Shown here: positions 16,676 to 26,905 of the stretch, one piece after another
Position numbering within the stretch: position 1 is the first letter of the stretch
Layout of the letters: each line of letters begins with the position of its first letter
Source of the DNA: an uncultured Candidatus Poseidoniales archaeon
GTDB lineage: Archaea; Thermoplasmatota; Poseidoniia; Poseidoniales; Thalassarchaeaceae
Assembly: GCA_964645485.1 (NCBI GenBank)
Contig: CAZXZO010000003.1
Location: forward strand, 62,357-102,479
Reading direction: 5' to 3'
DNA length: 40,123 bases
Notes under the pieces: model-generated
Seen by the model: the letters and a program-made list of their open reading frames with translations, nothing else
The model's database searches: none
Told to the model about the DNA's origin: nothing
Program-made: the position numbers and the translations under genes

Positions 16676-19600
16676 TCACTTGTTCTCTCGTACCCAATCC
16701 TGGAGTTGTTGCAGTGACCATCCTTGGTCAAAGTAACCTTGAATCGTTGCATCATCCCAGAATGGGAATAGACGCTTTGCTCGATCCATCTTTGAATCAC
16801 CGCCAGCAGCAGGTCCTCCACCGTAACCAGGTGGGCCACTGCTCTGTGTACCATAATCTGAGCCTCCCGTTTCTGCACGAGGTGGTCCTCTAGACATTGG
16901 AGTTACTGCTTCTCCCGGAGGCAAGTAATCTTCATCTTCGACAAAGAAATCACCCTCCTCATCGCCTTCTCTACCCATATACATCATGATTCCAACAACC
17001 AATGCTATCAGTACTACAATGATTGCAGCAATGCCACCGTACAATGCCCAGTTCGTACCAGCTTCTCCTGCACTACCCGCTTCACGAATGTGGAAGGAAG
17101 GAGATTCACCTAATTCATTACCTGATGAATCATGCAGTTTTAGCATAACAGACGAAACCGGCAGAGGGAATGCTTCAACTTGTACTCTACAAATACTGTT
17201 CATTCCTGGTTCAAAAGAAGTCCCACATGAGTAGTTGAAGTTGCTTTGTTGTCGGCCTTCTATTAGAGTGAATATCTGTAAATCTAATTCTCCAGAATCA
17301 GTACCTACATTGGTTACATCCACAAGTAATTCGAATGGCTGACCGGCCTCAGGTTGACCAGGTGAAACAATGATTTTGTTGATAACAAACTCTGCTTCCT
17401 TGTAGGTCAGTGCAAAATCACCGCCTTCAACAGCAGAACCAAATTGTCCGCCAAGAGTAACTCCATTACCCGCTGAATCTGTTCCAGTCACCCAGAACCT
17501 CAAATCAACTCCTTCAAGGTCTGATGGTAATTCATGGCCGGGCCACAAATCAATACAGTTACCAATTGCGCGATTTGGTGATGCAGACAAATCCAACTGC
17601 AAGTCTGCAGTCTGCCAAGCATCAGGGAAAGTTGAGCGATACTGGCTCCAATTCAAATCATGCTCATAATACATCCAATTGATTTGCATTGAATTTGCTA
17701 CTAATTTCTGTCTCTCTTGAATTGGGAAATTAATGTTCACACAATGAATAGTTGAGGAAGGTAAAATTCCCTCAAACTCTTCGGAGTCAGAACCTGAGGT
17801 TAATTTCCATGAACCAAACGGTACTGTAGGTGCCTCATTGTCAACTTTCACGTAGAAAGTTTTGTCATCTGTCATTGAGAAATCGTTAGCACCTGCTGGT
17901 AAGGTATTCTCACAATCAGGGTTGTTAACATCAGTTGAGTCACAGACTCTGAAAACATATCGATATTCGTTAGTTGAGAGTGCTGCTGGTATCACTAAAT
18001 CAAATGTACCATTTTCAAAACTATAGTAGAATACTTCTGTTGCAGCAGCCACATATCCACTGTTAGGCTTGTCTGATTCTCCACCCGGATAAACTGGAGT
18101 TCTAGTCAATTCAATTGTCATTGGAATCTCTGGTTGAACATCAATTCCAGACTCTAGTGCCGCCTTGAAGTAATATTCACCGTGTAATTGCAATAAGTCA
18201 CCTGGCCGAACAAAGCCGCCGTCTTGAGTGCCAACGGAGTTTGTTATGAAACCTGAAGTGTCATCAACAGTTAGGGATTCACTATCAAACTTCAAACCAG
18301 AAGAATATGCTAACAATTGGATGTAGCGACTGCTTGAAAGTTTGCTTTCACCATTCTGTGGGTCCAAGTCTTTCATGAAAACTTCAGGAGTTATCACTCC
18401 CTGAAGATTAACCACACCCCAACGCATCCTTATCGGTATATCAACTAAGAATTCTGTCTCAAAGGGGTCGATGAGAGCGGTGCCATCTGGCCTTGTAATT
18501 CTTGGACCCATTCCATCTGAATCAAAAGTCAACATATCTGCTGAACTACTGTCACTCCAAGAAGTCCCATTACGTGGTGAGAAGTAAACGATGAGGTCAT
18601 CACTGATTGCTGGATTAAGGTCGACTTTAACATAATCAACATCTCTCCAACCATTGTCGTCATTTCCTTCAACCAACAAGTGATAGACATTTCCTGCATA
18701 TACTGATTTGTTAAATTCTGTTAATGGGTTTCCACCAGCATCGCTGACATGGAATGAGTAAACTCCGGGTGGGCGAGATTGCTTCCCGATATAGGTGATC
18801 AAATCAGAAATGAATCCTTCACTTCCACCATCAACTGGGTTGCCAGAAATATCTGTTCCAGAAACGAACAAACTGGTTCGAGGGGCTGGTTCTCCATTAG
18901 GGACAGTCAAACCGGTTTGACGGTCATCAATACAATCATTTGTTGGTTGACATCCAGGATTTGAGACGAAGTAAGTTGTATTTCCATTCACATCAGTTGT
19001 ATCTGCAATAAGAGGTACAGACTGATATTCACTCAATTCAGGAATCCTGTTATTGTTAGTGTCGTGTTGTGCTTCAACCCAGAAATTCAACACGAATGAA
19101 GGTGGGGTTTCAGGAATATCTCTTACTACAACTCGGAATTTTTGATTTGCCTGAGGAGGTATCCATGTATCATCTGCAAGGTCTCTCCATTCCTGTAATC
19201 CCATTACACTGATGTTAATCAGATATGGAGAATATTGGTCAATGTACACCGTCATTGGTATTCCACAATCTAAGTCTGGTGAAAGTGAGACTGGTGGGCA
19301 ATTGGTATCCCCACCCGTATAATTGTCAAGGCGAAGTCGGTATGTGTCATTTCCTGCTGAAAGTGCTGGAATAGCAGGTTGCCAAGAAAAGTTACCACCC
19401 AAGACACCAGGAAGTCGGTCAATTTCATTCCATTGACTTATGTTTGAGTCATTTTGTAGTTCAAAGACAAGTGTGTAGGATGCTGGGTCAGGAGCGACAT
19501 CTAAGTCCTCAAATCTTACAGTTCCTTCCAAAGTCAACTCATTGTTGCTGTGGATATTTTCAAGATCTGTTTGCTCTGCATCTGCCTGATTAAAAACAGT

Positions 19601-22516
19601 CAGTGTTGTAATGGATGCATCGTTTTCAACTGCATTACCATCTACTAAATCGAACATTATCGCTGCTGGTAATCCTTCAAATCCAGAATCAGTGAATAAT
19701 GTTGCAAATAATCTTGCTGATTTTGAATCGTCCCATGCTGAATTAATTCTGAATCGCCAGGTAATCTGCTTTCCATCTGCAGTATCAGTTGCGCTTGACA
19801 AAGCCACCATCACGGAAACAAATTCTTTGCCACTTTCCGCCCAAAATGAACCATTACTTGCTGCCCAACGCAGTTCTGCTAAGCCGCTTTCCGATTCAAA
19901 TTGAAGGCTTGTGCCTGCAATTGTTGCACCTGTGCTAACATCAACCGAGTGGGTTGTGATTACTTCATAGACCTCACCAGAAGCATAGAATCCAGATATA
20001 TCTTCACTCATGTTTATTGTAGAATCATAACCATTTTCTGTTTCAATTAGTAGATTCTCTAGAATAATTCCGCCTCCATCATCAGATGTAAACATCATTG
20101 GGACCACTACTTGTCCACCCATTGGTTGGCCAAGAGCAACCCCTTGATTCAACTCTCTCGCAATTCCATTAGCGTCAGAGAGAGCCCTACTCCATGTGTA
20201 ATAGATATCTAGGTCTCTCAAATTGATGCTTGTGGCTGCCTGTGCTGTTGGATTAGAGAATTTGAAACGGAACTGAACCCATTTATTACCATAGGCATCT
20301 GTATCCCCTACTGGAACGTTGGGGTCATCTAACAATGCCTGCACTTCATTGAAAAATTCTGATAACTCCACATATGCATCAGGAGTTCTCCTTTCTTGGT
20401 CATGTGTATAACCTAGGTTTTGAGAAGAAGGGCCTGCTAAAAGTTGAATCGAAGCGTTACCGATGGCTGAATTATCCCATGATAATTCAGCGTGATTTAC
20501 TACCGCTCCCTTTGGTAAGAAGAACACTGCACCTTCTGCTTCCCCATTGATATTCATTGACAAAGTGGTATTATCTGCTCCATAATTGATGCCATCAATC
20601 ATCTGTGTCCTAAACATTTGTTGGCGTCCAAAAGAGCCAAATGCACTTTCTTCTATTCCCCATTCGATATCACCATCGCCAGCAACATCAAGTTTGATGT
20701 TTGACATAGTGTGGGCAAATCTAAGTTCCAACCAAATTGAGTAAACTGTACATTGAGCGGAATATTGTGCACCAAATGCCACTGAAGTTGATGGAGAAGC
20801 GAAATTTACCCATTGGTTATTTACTGGACTAAACTGCCCAGACTGATTACTATTAGTCATCAAAATTAGGTTCCGATTCGACGAACCGCACGAATCGTCA
20901 ATAATTGGTTTAACAGCCATTATAGGAGCACTGAACCGGTTTTTCTCCAGCATCGGAGACCAACTAGTATCATTCATCCTTGGCATATAAACAATCATTC
21001 CACCCGTGGAATCCGATGTCCATTCACCATCATTGATATACCCGCCATCATAGAAGACTCCATCAGTTGAATTGAGTCCTGAACCTACTTTTGTTCCAAG
21101 AGTGAAACTATTCATCACAGGAGTATTCATTCTATTTGCGCCGGAATTATAATTGAAACGAAGGTCAATTAATCCATACTGATCGCTATCAATATCCCAG
21201 AGTTCAATCACCTCTCCCTCCAAGCCATTCATTGATTTTCCATATGTGTCAACAACTGTTTGACCATTTGAAGAATCTAAAACATCAACGGTGAAAGACC
21301 CCGGCCCAGCCGTAGCAACTTCAACATCGAGAACTCCATATCCATTAGGGAATCCCGGATTCGGGATTGAACGTGGTGCAAATGATTTCATGATTACGTT
21401 TCCAGATTGAGGCAACGCATCACCGATTCTCAGGGAATCAATGTACCATCCAGGCATTGTGTTATTTATTGGGGTGCCCAACATCGGGTTCTTTTCTAAT
21501 ACGAACTTAAGTTTGACATATTTCCCCTCATGAGCTGAAAGGTCAAGAGCAATGTTTGCCCAGCCGTTTTGGTTGTTTGCCCACGTACTCATTCCTGATA
21601 ATACCCAAGCATCTGACGGTACTGCTAAGTTACCTTTTCCATTACAATTTGATTGAACCTTGTTAACACCTGTTCCTCTTTGAAACAATCCTTGTGTGCC
21701 TTGCTGTAATCCTGTAGTTGCGCTGATATCAATATCAACGAATTCCCATGGACTCCATCCGACTGCATCTGACGAGTTTTGAACTGCGACATAAGCACAG
21801 TCTTCGTAGTATTTGTTGCTACCCGATGCTGCCCGGTTGTAGAGACTGTGATAGGAGTTGAAGGTAGTTGCTCCCTTGGTTGGGAATACCCAAATGGGTT
21901 GAGTATCCATGGTGTATTCGAAACTGGCATCTGGTGCATCATCAGTATAATCAGGGTCATCAAAATTTGTTCCCCAGCAGAAATCCCCTGTTGCACAGCC
22001 AGATGCAGGAATATTCATCATTCCAGGAGTCTTTCTTTCCCAATTAAAAATATCAACTGGTAATCCAGGGGTCATTCCTTGACCACCTGTCTCGAAGTCA
22101 GCATTGAAACCCTTGCTAGTTAAAGCCAAAGTAGGAAGTGTGGATGAGAATGAACAATCTGCCGGATTTGGAGCGTGACAATTCGCATCGTTGTATGTGG
22201 TTAATCCGCTATTGTAGCGAGCATCCCAAATTCCACCGCCACCGGCTGGCATGAGAGATTGGTCGTATGTTGTATACTCATCGTGCATTGCAAATCCGGT
22301 TGAAACATTAACGCTAGCAGAGGTAATTGTTTCACCTTCTGGGAGTGAAATCGCCCCAGTCATGCTGTCCTTAAAATTCCCAGGATCTCTCAGTTCAACC
22401 TCAACACTTGCACTGCCATCTGAAAATGTTGTAACCGATGCTGCTGCAGCTGTGGTTGAGAGAATCATCAACCCAAGGATGAGGTAACTGGTTGCCTTCT
22501 TATTCTTGTCATTCAT
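16676..22516 (-). CDS. Very large secreted, C-terminally membrane-anchored surface protein (1946 aa)
   Basis: N-terminal signal peptide, acidic beta-rich body with several closely spaced Cys pairs, a CARDB/Ig-like segment (FELLVDVTNVGTDSG), one TM helix (WALYGGIAAIIVVLIALVVGIMMYM) and a Gly/Pro-rich cytoplasmic tail. Confidence 0.85.
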   Translation of the reverse strand: MNDKNKKATSYLILGLMILSTTAAAASVTTFSDGSASVEVELRDPGNFKDSMTGAISLPEGETITSASVNVSTGFAMHDEYTTYDQSLMPAGGGGIWDARYNSGLTTYNDANCHAPNPADCSFSSTLPTLALTSKGFNADFETGGQGMTPGLPVDIFNWERKTPGMMNIPASGCATGDFCWGTNFDDPDYTDDAPDASFEYTMDTQPIWVFPTKGATTFNSYHSLYNRAASGSNKYYEDCAYVAVQNSSDAVGWSPWEFVDIDISATTGLQQGTQGLFQRGTGVNKVQSNCNGKGNLAVPSDAWVLSGMSTWANNQNGWANIALDLSAHEGKYVKLKFVLEKNPMLGTPINNTMPGWYIDSLRIGDALPQSGNVIMKSFAPRSIPNPGFPNGYGVLDVEVATAGPGSFTVDVLDSSNGQTVVDTYGKSMNGLEGEVIELWDIDSDQYGLIDLRFNYNSGANRMNTPVMNSFTLGTKVGSGLNSTDGVFYDGGYINDGEWTSDSTGGMIVYMPRMNDTSWSPMLEKNRFSAPIMAVKPIIDDSCGSSNRNLILMTNSNQSGQFSPVNNQWVNFASPSTSVAFGAQYSAQCTVYSIWLELRFAHTMSNIKLDVAGDGDIEWGIEESAFGSFGRQQMFRTQMIDGINYGADNTTLSMNINGEAEGAVFFLPKGAVVNHAELSWDNSAIGNASIQLLAGPSSQNLGYTHDQERRTPDAYVELSEFFNEVQALLDDPNVPVGDTDAYGNKWVQFRFKFSNPTAQAATSINLRDLDIYYTWSRALSDANGIARELNQGVALGQPMGGQVVVPMMFTSDDGGGIILENLLIETENGYDSTINMSEDISGFYASGEVYEVITTHSVDVSTGATIAGTSLQFESESGLAELRWAASNGSFWAESGKEFVSVMVALSSATDTADGKQITWRFRINSAWDDSKSARLFATLFTDSGFEGLPAAIMFDLVDGNAVENDASITTLTVFNQADAEQTDLENIHSNNELTLEGTVRFEDLDVAPDPASYTLVFELQNDSNISQWNEIDRLPGVLGGNFSWQPAIPALSAGNDTYRLRLDNYTGGDTNCPPVSLSPDLDCGIPMTVYIDQYSPYLINISVMGLQEWRDLADDTWIPPQANQKFRVVVRDIPETPPSFVLNFWVEAQHDTNNNRIPELSEYQSVPLIADTTDVNGNTTYFVSNPGCQPTNDCIDDRQTGLTVPNGEPAPRTSLFVSGTDISGNPVDGGSEGFISDLITYIGKQSRPPGVYSFHVSDAGGNPLTEFNKSVYAGNVYHLLVEGNDDNGWRDVDYVKVDLNPAISDDLIVYFSPRNGTSWSDSSSADMLTFDSDGMGPRITRPDGTALIDPFETEFLVDIPIRMRWGVVNLQGVITPEVFMKDLDPQNGESKLSSSRYIQLLAYSSGLKFDSESLTVDDTSGFITNSVGTQDGGFVRPGDLLQLHGEYYFKAALESGIDVQPEIPMTIELTRTPVYPGGESDKPNSGYVAAATEVFYYSFENGTFDLVIPAALSTNEYRYVFRVCDSTDVNNPDCENTLPAGANDFSMTDDKTFYVKVDNEAPTVPFGSWKLTSGSDSEEFEGILPSSTIHCVNINFPIQERQKLVANSMQINWMYYEHDLNWSQYRSTFPDAWQTADLQLDLSASPNRAIGNCIDLWPGHELPSDLEGVDLRFWVTGTDSAGNGVTLGGQFGSAVEGGDFALTYKEAEFVINKIIVSPGQPEAGQPFELLVDVTNVGTDSGELDLQIFTLIEGRQQSNFNYSCGTSFEPGMNSICRVQVEAFPLPVSSVMLKLHDSSGNELGESPSFHIREAGSAGEAGTNWALYGGIAAIIVVLIALVVGIMMYMGREGDEEGDFFVEDEDYLPPGEAVTPMSRGPPRAETGGSDYGTQSSGPPGYGGGPAAGGDSKMDRAKRLFPFWDDATIQGYFDQGWSLQQLQDWVRENK

Positions 22517-22602
22517 GTCTATCAGTCCCGAACCGCTATGCGGTTCATGAAAGCGAGTGCCGAGTCACATTTAATCTCAATGGGCAAATGACTACGGCAA
22601 AG

Positions 22603-23283
22603 TTACTGTGAAAATGACTCTTCTCGACGTTGAGAATAGCATTTTTCCGCTAAATTTGTTAACCCACCTAAATTACCCTCATTCTCTTCAAGTCTGACAA
22701 TATTAGCCACTGTTGTAGGGTGTTTTGGCCCCAATATATCACAGAGTTCAGGACCTTTACTAACATCAAATGTGCCCAATGTTCTAGCTTCATCAATTAT
22801 CTCTTGTTTGTCTAACCCTAATAGGGGTCTAAGAATTGGCCTGTTTGAAGAGATTTCAACCGCACCGAGATTCCCCAATGTTTGACTTGATACCTGCCCA
22901 AGGTTCTCTCCGGTTAACAGGTGAGTTGCTCCAACTTCATCAGCAACCATGCAACCAAGTACATTGAACAATCTCTTCATATGAACGAAATAATCTCGAT
23001 GTGATTTCGGCTCAGTAAACATCGATAGAATTTCACCAACTGGAATGACTGTAAGTTTGTTGCAAATATTGCTACTCTTCTCACCTAAAGGCCCTTTAGA
23101 ATTTGATAAAAGTGAAAGTGTCCCAAGTGTTTTTTCTTCAGCCTCTCGTCCTGTAATTGGCTCTTGGGAGCAATGCATGGGATAAATTGTCCAGCCCGAC
23201 TGAACCATCCTAGCAACTGCAACAGGTGAGTCGATTCCACCAGACACTAGTGCTACGGCTACCTTGTCACCGTCCCCTACCAT
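22603..23283 (-). CDS. thiI: ThiI-like tRNA sulfurtransferase, PP-loop catalytic domain only
   Basis: SGGIDSPVA PP-loop, TGENLGQVSSQTL and ILRPLLGLDKQEII. Only 226 aa, with no N-terminal THUMP/NFLD region. Confidence 0.75.
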   Translation of the reverse strand: MVGDGDKVAVALVSGGIDSPVAVARMVQSGWTIYPMHCSQEPITGREAEEKTLGTLSLLSNSKGPLGEKSSNICNKLTVIPVGEILSMFTEPKSHRDYFVHMKRLFNVLGCMVADEVGATHLLTGENLGQVSSQTLGNLGAVEISSNRPILRPLLGLDKQEIIDEARTLGTFDVSKGPELCDILGPKHPTTVANIVRLEENEGNLGGLTNLAEKCYSQRREESFSQ

Positions 23284-23396
23284 GGGGGGCCGAGTCTGCT
23301 CTTACGGATGAGCACTTCTCTCACAACTTCTATTCTTTTGGTTGAGGATGAACAAGGATTGATGAGGGATGAGCAACGGCCAAGGTTACGATTACA

Positions 23397-23858
23397 ATGC
23401 CGGATGAGCCATTCACGACTGAACCAGTAGTACTAATTCAGGAAGTTTTCCCTGGGGATACGAATGCTTACAACACCCTTTTTGGCGGTAGATTGCTTTC
23501 AATAATGGATACTGCTGCAGGGATTGTCTCTAGTAAATTTGCCCACCGCGAGTTTGTGACTGTCAGCATTGATTCCCTCAAATTCAAACGTCCTGCATTC
23601 CAAGGAGATTTGATTGAGGTTACTGCACAGGTTGTTTTTACTTCAACCCATACCGCTGGTTGCTACATAATCGCTAGGCGGCTTGACCGCAGTGTTTGGG
23701 AATCAGAAGATATCTGTACTGGCTTTTTCTTTATGGTTGCAATTGATAATCAAATGAGACCAATTCCTATTCCTCAGTTAGTCCCAAAAAGTGAGGAAGA
23801 AAAGAATCTGTGGAAAGCAGCGGAATCTGCTCGTGATGCAATGAAGGCATCTGACTGA
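23397..23858 (+). CDS. Hotdog-fold acyl-CoA thioesterase (YciA-like)
   Basis: DTNAYNTLFGGRLLSIMD...VTVSIDSLKFKRP...GDLIEV signature. Confidence 0.9.
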   Translation: MPDEPFTTEPVVLIQEVFPGDTNAYNTLFGGRLLSIMDTAAGIVSSKFAHREFVTVSIDSLKFKRPAFQGDLIEVTAQVVFTSTHTAGCYIIARRLDRSVWESEDICTGFFFMVAIDNQMRPIPIPQLVPKSEEEKNLWKAAESARDAMKASD

Positions 23859-23896
23859 GCGACGGGTTCAATTCAGATGGGTTGTCCGCCATCACC

Positions 23897-24901
23897 ATGA
23901 CGGTGCTGAATGTCGCTTTCATCGGCTCACAGGAGTTCGCCAAGAGCATCGCTAAACTCAATGATACCAGAGACATTGAGAGTTACGTTTTCAAGATGGT
24001 TGAAAATGACGAAGTAAAGGTCCTCTCCCTTCTCAGGCCACTGCGCCACCCAGAAAAACTCAGACCATTACTAAGTGTCCTAAACGTCGCAAGAGCGGGC
24101 GTTGTTGAAATCTCTAAGGTTGATTCCTCAATTGGAGAAATTCTTGTCGCCTTTGGTTGCTCAGGAATCGAAAATGGACACATCATTATTCGTCCCGCTG
24201 AAGGCGAATGGGTTGACCCTGAACAAGTAAAAATGATTCAACAACAGGCAGGATTATCTTCTTGGACATTACATGAAGAACCACTTGATGAGCACCAAAT
24301 GCGAACACTACTCTTCGCTGATTTAGATAAGTTGGCAGACCATTCGAAACAACCACTCGTTATCCCAGTTGACCAATATTTCAATGTCAAGGGAGTTGGC
24401 TTAGTCGCAATTGGTTATGTTCAATCTGGTACTGTGAATAAACACGACCGACTGTTAGCCCTACCCACTGCCGAATCAGGGGTTACCCGCTCCTTACAAG
24501 TTATGGATGATGATGTTGACACAGCCATAGCTGGTGACAGAGTTGGTGTGGCAATGCGAGATTTAAGAGAAGCCGCACTTGAACGTGGGAGCATACTTGT
24601 CCATCCCGATGATGATGGTAATTACAACGGGTCGGTGATTAGGCATATGAAAAGCCAGATTGAATTAGTAAGGGCCCCATTTCAACAAAAAGAATTTGCT
24701 GTAGGCGATGTGGTTCATGCCGCAGTTGATTTGCAATTTGTTGTGGGAAGAATTGAATCGATAGAGGACAATACGATAAAGGTAAGTTGGGACCAACCAC
24801 TGTTCTTACGACAAGTTTCACAACCAAGAGTTCTTCTCAACCAACTCGATGCAAAAATGAGACTCCTTGGATTCAGCACAAATCTAACCCTGTTAGAATA
24901 A
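23897..24901 (+). CDS. Archaeal SelB-like/EF-Tu-related protein with degenerate G domain
   Basis: Domain II motifs IPVDQYFNVKGVGLVAIGYV and RSLQVMDDDVDTAIAGDRVGVA. No GxxxxGK[ST] P-loop. Start set at ATG 23897 (ORF track TTG 23882). Confidence 0.8.
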   Translation: MTVLNVAFIGSQEFAKSIAKLNDTRDIESYVFKMVENDEVKVLSLLRPLRHPEKLRPLLSVLNVARAGVVEISKVDSSIGEILVAFGCSGIENGHIIIRPAEGEWVDPEQVKMIQQQAGLSSWTLHEEPLDEHQMRTLLFADLDKLADHSKQPLVIPVDQYFNVKGVGLVAIGYVQSGTVNKHDRLLALPTAESGVTRSLQVMDDDVDTAIAGDRVGVAMRDLREAALERGSILVHPDDDGNYNGSVIRHMKSQIELVRAPFQQKEFAVGDVVHAAVDLQFVVGRIESIEDNTIKVSWDQPLFLRQVSQPRVLLNQLDAKMRLLGFSTNLTLLE

Positions 24902-25083
24902 GCAACTGTGATTCCGTATTTCACGGAGTAATTTTTACCGCACTAGGCGAACCACTCTCCAGACCGGCCTAAACGACCTCTTGTCTTGGGTAATATGTAT
25001 AAGCAGACCGCTATCCTGCTAGTTCCGGGATGCACACTAGGGCTAGGCCCTAAACGATGGATAGAGTAGAAGGGGGCAGGTGA

Positions 25084-26886
25084 TTGGAGAACGAAAAATT
25101 CGGTCCTTTGAAAATGGCAGGGGTTGATGGCCAAATCACGGCTGTTTTGACCAATGAAAACCTTCTATTGGAGCGTAGCGACCGTAAGGGAATGAGAATT
25201 GATTTGGATACCATAACCCGTATTCGTCACCACCATGTAGCCTTCACCCCACCACTAGTCACATTGTTTGGCGTACTCGCAATTCTCTCTAGTTTCAGAA
25301 TTTTCACCGGTGTGGTACAATATTATTCTTTTATTCTAGGCGCCATATCAATACTCGCTTGGTTATTGGGAAGAAGACCGGCTCTTTGCATCGATACAAA
25401 ACAGGGTGACCGCCACCTACTACACGGGCGCGACCACTTGTTGCACCGATTATACACGATACTTGACCGAATGTCTGATGGCTATACTTTGGAAGATGCA
25501 GTAATTGGGTTAGAAGAATTACAGCAGCCAGAGTTAGGCCTTCTTGGTGATATTGAAGATATTCGTCATGAGGCAGGGTCAGTTGCTATTGCAGAGGCTG
25601 AATTAAAGTTAGTTGATGTTGATGAATCTCTTGGTCAAGCCCTGGCAAAATTACATAGTAACAAAACTCTGAACTCAATGAAATCTGAACATGTACACAA
25701 ATCTACAACTTCTGCCCAAGCAACTGATAGTTCAGCATATGAGAAAGTTTGGGGTAGGGGTGAACCGGAATGGTACTCGGAAAAAGAGAAAGAAGCAACT
25801 CATACTAGTATGATGGAACGCTCCACCAAAGCATTGGCCGAACAAAGAGAGCAAAGAACTGTCACGTCCTCGAGTTACGATACCCCATTTCAATTACCTG
25901 ATTTTTCAGACCAATCAAGTTCCTCTAGAGTAACCACAGAGCCTGTTGAAAGTGTTTCCTCAACTCCAATGAATAGAGCCCATGCAGCCGCCTTAGAGGC
26001 CAGCGAAGCCAACTTTGATTCAGGTGGGTTATTCGACATGTTTGATGAGTTGGAAAGCATTAGTGATAATTCCCCAAGTTCTCCATCCAATAATGAAATT
26101 CCACCACCATCCTCACACTTGCCAGCAGTTACTCAACCAAGTTGGAAAAGGTCCCCCGACTCTAATGTTTCATCCTACACAATGTTGAGCGAGGCTGCTG
26201 GGCCAAATTTACCAGAACCAACTCGGATTGCACTTCGTTCGGACATTCCGACAAATCCCGGTTTAGTTGCATCTGCAGCAGTTAAAACTGTTGAAGAACA
26301 ACCTCCATTGCCTGAACAACTCCAAAGGTCATTTGACCAACTTAACACACCTCACCCATTAGAATCATACCCTGCTTTGAGTAGAATGCAGAAACAATAC
26401 GCTCGTGATTCAAGAATAAGAGTTAGCCGCTCTTACAGCCGAAGTCGTGGGGCACTCAAAGCAATTAGAGAATGGGTAAAGCCTGGACTAAAGAGGGTGG
26501 AAAGTGGCGGTAAGACCATCACCCGGAAAATCATTGGAGCAGGTGATGGCTACAAGGAAGTTTACGGTGATGATGATGGAAATCAAAATGATGATTTCCA
26601 AGATTCGCAACTTAATTCAACTCAAATTCTACGCTTGCGCGCTGACCAAGATTCGCAATCAGATGTTCAATCACGCTTGCGCCTGTTAACCACTAACGGT
26701 GGTGGTGCAATTGCTGATGACCTTGCAAACCGAACCTTGCGCGGAATCTCAAGTAGCAGTAAAAGCGAAGGGTTCACACTTTCAGGGATGGAATCTAAGA
26801 AAATTAACGCGCCCCAAAATTTCAACGGCATGGTTGCTAGTAATGAACCAGCCCCAAGATTTGCTGGAATGCAACGTCTTGGATAA
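25084..26886 (+). CDS. Hypothetical membrane protein with a small N-terminal domain, two TM helices and a long low-complexity region
   Basis: 600-aa ORF with a hydrophobic pair (PLVTLFGVLAILSSFRIF; YYSFILGAISILAWLL) and a Ser/Pro/Glu-rich, probably disordered remainder. Confidence 0.75.
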   Translation: MENEKFGPLKMAGVDGQITAVLTNENLLLERSDRKGMRIDLDTITRIRHHHVAFTPPLVTLFGVLAILSSFRIFTGVVQYYSFILGAISILAWLLGRRPALCIDTKQGDRHLLHGRDHLLHRLYTILDRMSDGYTLEDAVIGLEELQQPELGLLGDIEDIRHEAGSVAIAEAELKLVDVDESLGQALAKLHSNKTLNSMKSEHVHKSTTSAQATDSSAYEKVWGRGEPEWYSEKEKEATHTSMMERSTKALAEQREQRTVTSSSYDTPFQLPDFSDQSSSSRVTTEPVESVSSTPMNRAHAAALEASEANFDSGGLFDMFDELESISDNSPSSPSNNEIPPPSSHLPAVTQPSWKRSPDSNVSSYTMLSEAAGPNLPEPTRIALRSDIPTNPGLVASAAVKTVEEQPPLPEQLQRSFDQLNTPHPLESYPALSRMQKQYARDSRIRVSRSYSRSRGALKAIREWVKPGLKRVESGGKTITRKIIGAGDGYKEVYGDDDGNQNDDFQDSQLNSTQILRLRADQDSQSDVQSRLRLLTTNGGGAIADDLANRTLRGISSSSKSEGFTLSGMESKKINAPQNFNGMVASNEPAPRFAGMQRLG

Positions 26887-26905
26887 ACTGAATTCCAACC
26901 TGAAT

